Shown here: piece after piece, positions 58,782-64,000 of the stretch
Numbering within the stretch: the first letter of the stretch is position 1
Layout of the letters: each line of letters starts with the position of its first letter
DNA from: Amoebidium appalachense
Lineage: Eukaryota > Protista > Ichthyosporea
Assembly (NCBI GenBank): GCA_963693365.1
Contig: CAVNZM010000007.1
Location: 3,438,159 to 3,502,158, forward strand
Length of the DNA: 64,000 nt
Reading direction: 5' to 3'
Program-made: the position numbers and the translations under genes
Notes under the pieces: generated by a model
The model's database searches: none
Told to the model about the DNA's origin: nothing
Seen by the model: only the letters and a program-made list of their open reading frames with translations

Positions 58782-60804
58782 ATGCCGGGATGTCCCCGAG
58801 GGTGCCCCACCCTTGCTAACCACCCCTTCCCCCGAGGCTCAGCCCCGGTGGCCCGCCCGCTGCCCCAGCACCACGTTGACACCTCCCGCCTCCGGGAGCT
58901 GCTGGCCCCCCTACCCAGCCCAATCATTCGCCGCGCAGCTACTCCGTAACCAACTTCCCCGGACCCGACGACTCCGACCTTACCTGCAACCGGAGCCCTG
59001 CCCCTTCCCCTTCTGGGTCCACAAGTTCCTATCCCTTCCCCTGGGCTCACCCCCCCCCCCCCCCCCCCCCCCCAGATCTCCCCTTCCGGAGCAACGCTGG
59101 CCGATTGGCCCCCCACTTTGCTCCGGCCGAGCTGCTTCGTGCCACCACTACCCTGCAGGAATGCCAGGCCCTGAGTCTCAACCTCGACTCTCGGGCCTTT
59201 TACTCCAGGGTACAAAAAGTGTTCATCGATTTTTGTGTGGCATCTCGGCTGCAATCCTCCGCCGGGTCCTCCCTCCCGGCCTCCCCCCACACGGTGCAGA
59301 TTTTTCTCGCCTGGTGTGCCCAACGAGGGGTACAGGCCTCTTCCTTGGCCGGCTACAATTCAGCCATCACCAGACTCCACCTCGACATGGGCCTCCCTGC
59401 TCCCTACCCCCACGACAAGTCTCTGGCCTGGTTCTTCCGAGGGGTGGGCAGATGGCAGCTTTCTCACAACATCCGACCCCGATCATCCACCAGGGAGCCC
59501 CTCCTGCCCTCCCACCTTAGCCTACTCCATGGCCAGTGCCCCACCAAGGCCTCCTCGGCTAATCTACGGCTATGGACGGCCCTCATCGTCGGTTTCTGTG
59601 GTCTCCTCCATTCGGGGGGAATTTACCTCCAAAACCCTGACTTCCTTTGACCCGTCCCGTCACGTTAAACGGAAAGACGTGACCTTCACCTACACCCCCA
59701 CCGGTCCCATGCCACCCTCCACCTGCCAACCTCTAAGACGGATGTACAGGCCCGAGGTGTCAACGTCACTCTAGCTGCCCTGCCCCTCACCCACTTCTCC
59801 CCAGCCCATCTCCTCCGGCAGTTCCTGGATACAACGTCCGGTCAACCCAACGACCCCCTCTTCAGTCTCGGTGGCATCCCCTACACCAAGAGTGCTTTCT
59901 CTGCCGATTTCCGTGCCCTCCTCTCCCGGGCAGGCCTCTCACCCCCCCGGTTTGCCGGACACAGCCTCCGCATCGGGGGGGCCACAGCACTGGCTGAGGC
60001 CGGGGTCGACGACTCCCGGATCAAACAACTCGGCAGGTGGTCCTCCGACTGTTTCCTGATCTATACCCGACTTCGTCCGGCCTCCATTGCTGCCACTACC
60101 ACACGTGTATTCGCCTCTATTCTTAAGTGAAACCTTTGGAGCAAGCATACTGCTCTCGTGCCGTGGTTTACAACCATTGCAGGTTCACTTTCGTCCAAGG
60201 GGATGTCCCCCTAGAGGCAACACACGTCCCGGAGTAGTTTTCATAGAGGTTTTATTTGTGGAAATTATTGACATAAATATTTTTCTGGGTAAACACGTAG
60301 GATGGGTGTCCGATATCAACAGGCTTCGTTTCATGTTTTAGCAGTTCGCGTTCGGCTGCCCGCATACGGGCACCTATTAGCCGATCAAAACATCAGATTC
60401 CACAGATCACTAGACCGAGTTTGATTGGCTCAGGATAAGATTTCACATAACACTAGATCGGTTTTGATTGGCTCAGTTCGGCAGCCTTAGGTATATAAGC
60501 ACGACAGTTTTTAGCAGATCAGCAAGCAACAACACATCCTCTGTGTTTAGCACCTACAGCTTTACAGCTATATTTTCTTTTTCACCCACCCACCTACACC
60601 CTACACTCAACCCCCATTGATCCCCACATACGTGCTGTTTTTTCACGGGGCGAAGACTTCCCCCGTTTTTTTGGGCACAAGGACCTCACGGATCAATAAA
60701 TTGATGACTGGGGGCTTGCCGTGGTTTACAACCATTGCAGGTTCACTTTCGTCCAAGGGGATGTCCCCCTAGAGGCAACACACGTCCCGGAGTAGTTTTC
60801 ATAG
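54619..60804 (+). mobile_element. Head-to-tail dimer of a non-autonomous Ngaro derivative (A-ORFs-B-A-ORFs-B-A-spacer-B)
   Basis: ~2.81-kb unit repeated twice with the same gag and RT/RH deletions and the same YR frameshift. Confidence 0.9.
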
Positions 60805-60930
60805 TATTTACATAATTGGAATTATATGAATATTGTTTTTCATTCATTCGAAACTTTTTTACTTTCTATGTTAATGATATTACATATTGTGTCATGTCAC
60901 ATACCCAAAGGCCTCTAAAACGGACCATAT

Positions 60931-61940
60931 CATCAGCAATCTTGCCGAAACATCCGGAACCCATAAAAGATACATTGAAGATATCCATATACTCAAACCC
61001 ATCCTGAACATAACCCTACATCTAGTTCATGGGTTTAAGATATGTAAATATAAATGGATATTAATCTTGGATATCTACGGCTAATATGTATATAGATATC
61101 TGTTAAAACCCTGATATCCATTGGATAACTACTGTTAGGGATCCACTAGATATCCACGGGAAACGTGATATCCAGTGGATATCGAACACTAGATATGCAA
61201 ATACACATGCACAACATATATACTGGATATGCAACGAAGGTATCCAGTGACTGGAAACCTGCCGAAAACCCTATCCATTATGATACGTAATATATATATA
61301 TATAACGTCATATAAAAGGTGCACAATCGAGATCCAATTGATATGCTGTGGGTAACCTAAATCATATGTAATTGATACAAAAGAGATGTAATTTGATATG
61401 CAATACATATAGCCTATGTTGTGCATAGATTTATTACCGAAAATGAGGTTCATTAGATATACTGATAGCTATGTATATAGGCATAGAATACCTATATTGA
61501 CTATATACAGTCAGGTGACCAATAGACCTCATAATAGTTGCCAAGTAGACCAAAGCATAGATATCCAACATGCATCCCAGTATATATGCACTGGATCAGT
61601 AAATGAACAACGAAAATGGATGTGATAGACGACCAAAAGACACCCTTTAGATATCGGCCCTTGCATATATTATATATATAAATAGACATATAGGCAGAAA
61701 TCCGAACAACGTGTCTGGATATGTATTCTATATCCACAGTGATATCTAATACTCATCCGTTGCATGTATATCCTAAGGACTAATCTAATAATAATGAGTG
61801 ATATCCGAGAATCGGATATCATCACTTCCGTGTCTGGATATGCACTAGATATCCAGTTTGATATAATTAAGCAGTCCATTAAATATATATCTCGATGAGT
61901 AGTCTAATATATAAATGATGCCCAATTGGATATGCAATAT
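60931..61940 (+). mobile_element. Arm of a further CATCAGCAA-TIR element, rich in GGATATCC motifs
   Basis: Starts CATCAGCAATCTT; many GATATC copies; ends in a poly-C run next to a gene remnant. Confidence 0.55.
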
Positions 61941-61969
61941 CCCCCCCCCCCCCCCCCCCCCCCCCCCCC

Positions 61970-62740
61970 GTTGTTGGGATCCTGGCACTTGCTCAACGAC
62001 GGCAGCACAAGTCTTTATGTACACGTCATGCCCCACAGGAGCATGACCAGTTTTATCTAAGTCATGCTCACCAGGAGCATATGACACACAATCCAACCCT
62101 TACTTTTGATTATGAACTATTACAGGGTCCAGTGACCCTCCTGCTTACAAACTACACATGTTTTTTTGTTACTACAGTAAGACGTATTAATAAAGAAAAA
62201 AAAAAACACAAGATCAACTTGAACACACTGGGCACAATCAAAGATAATTGTTTGGGGGGGGGGGGGTTTAATCTTCCTTGCTTTTTTTGGTGAAGCGTTC
62301 CTCATCCGAGGCTCCTCCTTATTGCGCACCCTCTTCTTGCTGCCCTCATCCTCGCTGCCCTCGGCCTCGCTGCCCTCGGCCCCATCGCGCTCGCTGACGT
62401 CGCCGTCCCTGTCCCCCTCTTCCTCGCTGACATCAGCGTTCTTCACTTGCTCACGCTCGCTAGTCTCATCCTCGGGCTCGCTGTTGCTGCCATCTCCGCT
62501 GACCTGGCCACCGCTGCCGTCAGCCTCAACCGCATCCTCATCACGGCCGCCGTCGTTGTCAGACCCCGGCTGCAAGGGGGAGACGGGGGGCTGCAGTTCT
62601 TGCTCGCCTGGGCTGTCATCCTTGTTGGCGTTGCCCCCCTTGCCCACCTCTAAGGCCACCTTGGCCTTGGCGCTTGCAGCCCTCTCGGCCAACTTCTTGG
62701 CCTGGTACTGGTCAGCCTTGAGCCTGAACTTGACCTGATC
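61970..62740 (-). pseudogene. Unknown gene remnant: acidic/lysine-rich exon followed by a knuckle-like CVVCKQEGH segment
   Basis: CCCAAG/CAG acceptor region near 62740; GC3-rich codons over ~62275-62740; downstream frames are broken. Confidence 0.45.
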
Positions 62741-62921
62741 TTGGGCGGAGGGAGGAGGGGGCGGTGGGTGGGGGGTTGGGGGGGGGGGGGGGGGGTAAAT
62801 GTTGGTACCCAATATGTTTCAAGTCCAACAGCTATGTAAGAAGGATCAACTGAACACCCATCTAACAAGGTGTATACGGGGTGAAGCAGGCGACAGTTCC
62901 CTAGTAGTAAGCAGGATTCTA

Positions 62922-63719
62922 CATCAGCAAACTTCCCCGTGGTATTGCCAATATTGTGAGGCTATTATCTATTGCCAATATCGTAAAAACACCAGATTAA
63001 TACTGAAGTAATATCACTTATCCATTGCCAATGTATTGCGAGTAGAGATTTTCTGTGGTAGAGACGCTATAGAAGTGTAATAGACTGTAATATTGACGTA
63101 ATATCGGCATAATATTTTTATATTATTGTCATACCATGTCAGGTCTGTTGGAGTGCAGACTTACGCTCACTCCACAATATGTGTATGTTAGCTTTACAAT
63201 TGGTTCCGTGTACACAGACACACGCTGACACTCGATCACCACATGCACATCTGCATAGTTGAGGAATGTTGCCAATTGTGTTTTGACTGCAAACGATTGG
63301 TTCACTGGTCCCAGAGATCTCTAAATGAAAGTAACCAATCCGATTAGCGCCTGGCATCCGGATTACATTCCAGACTGCTGCCCCACGGGTATATAAGCCA
63401 CGCCTCTGCCAGGTGCAGACATGGAGTTCAGTCATGGAGTTCAGTCATGGAGTTCAGTCATGGAGTTAACACACTGAAAGCAGTAAAAAAACGGGTCAGC
63501 GCCCAAGCGCGCCACGACGACCCTAGTCACAGCGGACTCTACTTCCAACAAGGTCTACCACCAATAACTATATACCGTATGAGTAATGTACTGGCAATAT
63601 CCCAAAATGCGTGTATGTGTGCCTATTAACAATACAATTTCGATATTGTCAATGTACTTATTCGGTATTATACTATTGCTTGCGGAGTATTGTCAATACG
63701 TTATGAATATATAAAATGT
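62922..63719 (+). mobile_element. Arm of a CATCAGCAA-TIR element (TATTGCCAATA subfamily), interrupted by a copia LTR
   Basis: Starts CATCAGCAAACTTCCCC; same motif content as 724-928. Confidence 0.6.
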
Positions 63720-64000
63720 TGTTGTAATACGTAGTATTTACATATGGTAAGATCTTCTCAGTTTGTGTTATGTTTCAGTTCATATGCTTAGTGTAAATGC
63801 CACACTCCTATTATGTAAAGTGTAGCATCGATCTCCGATATGCTTGTATACTTGTAATCGTGTTGTATCGGCTTTAATCGTGTGTTGTAATATCGATTAG
63901 AATATTTATATGTGTGTACACGGATCCACCCACTCAGGGAGAGACGTGTACATGTTCGTGTGTACATAAATATCTCTGGTTATAGTTATGCTATTGCTAT
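63720..64000 (+). mobile_element. Copia LTR (partial, runs off the window), opposite orientation
   Basis: TGTTGTAATACGTAG... is the reverse complement of 2473-2753. Confidence 0.9.

Overview
Eukaryotic, very repeat-rich genomic DNA with GT-AG introns, long G/C homopolymers and (CA)/(GA) microsatellites. Most of the long ORFs in the track are microsatellite artefacts. The one clear host gene is a multi-exon DMAP1/Swc4 homolog on the minus strand (~5.6-15.1 kb). A MYND-finger terminal exon and several decayed intron-containing gene fragments are also present. From ~18 kb onward the window is a nest of transposons. (i) A Ty1/copia element (20478-51147) with a half-tRNA-iMet-type PBS is split in its RT gene by (ii) a 23.3-kb element with CATCAGCAATCTCC terminal inverted repeats and a 2-bp AT duplication. 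Six termini of that family occur in the window, with no transposase seen. (iii) Ngaro-type tyrosine-recombinase retrotransposons with split direct repeats occur as one full-length copy, several deleted copies and a tandem dimer. (iv) An APE-RT LINE is the most unusual system. Its poly(A) tract is internal and is followed by a ~197-nt highly structured tail that moves with the element (TSD-supported). All three insertions sit 6-7 nt from a TAT(A/G)TCAT motif, and the tail contains the complement of that motif. This raises the untested hypothesis of RNA-assisted target selection by a non-LTR retrotransposon.
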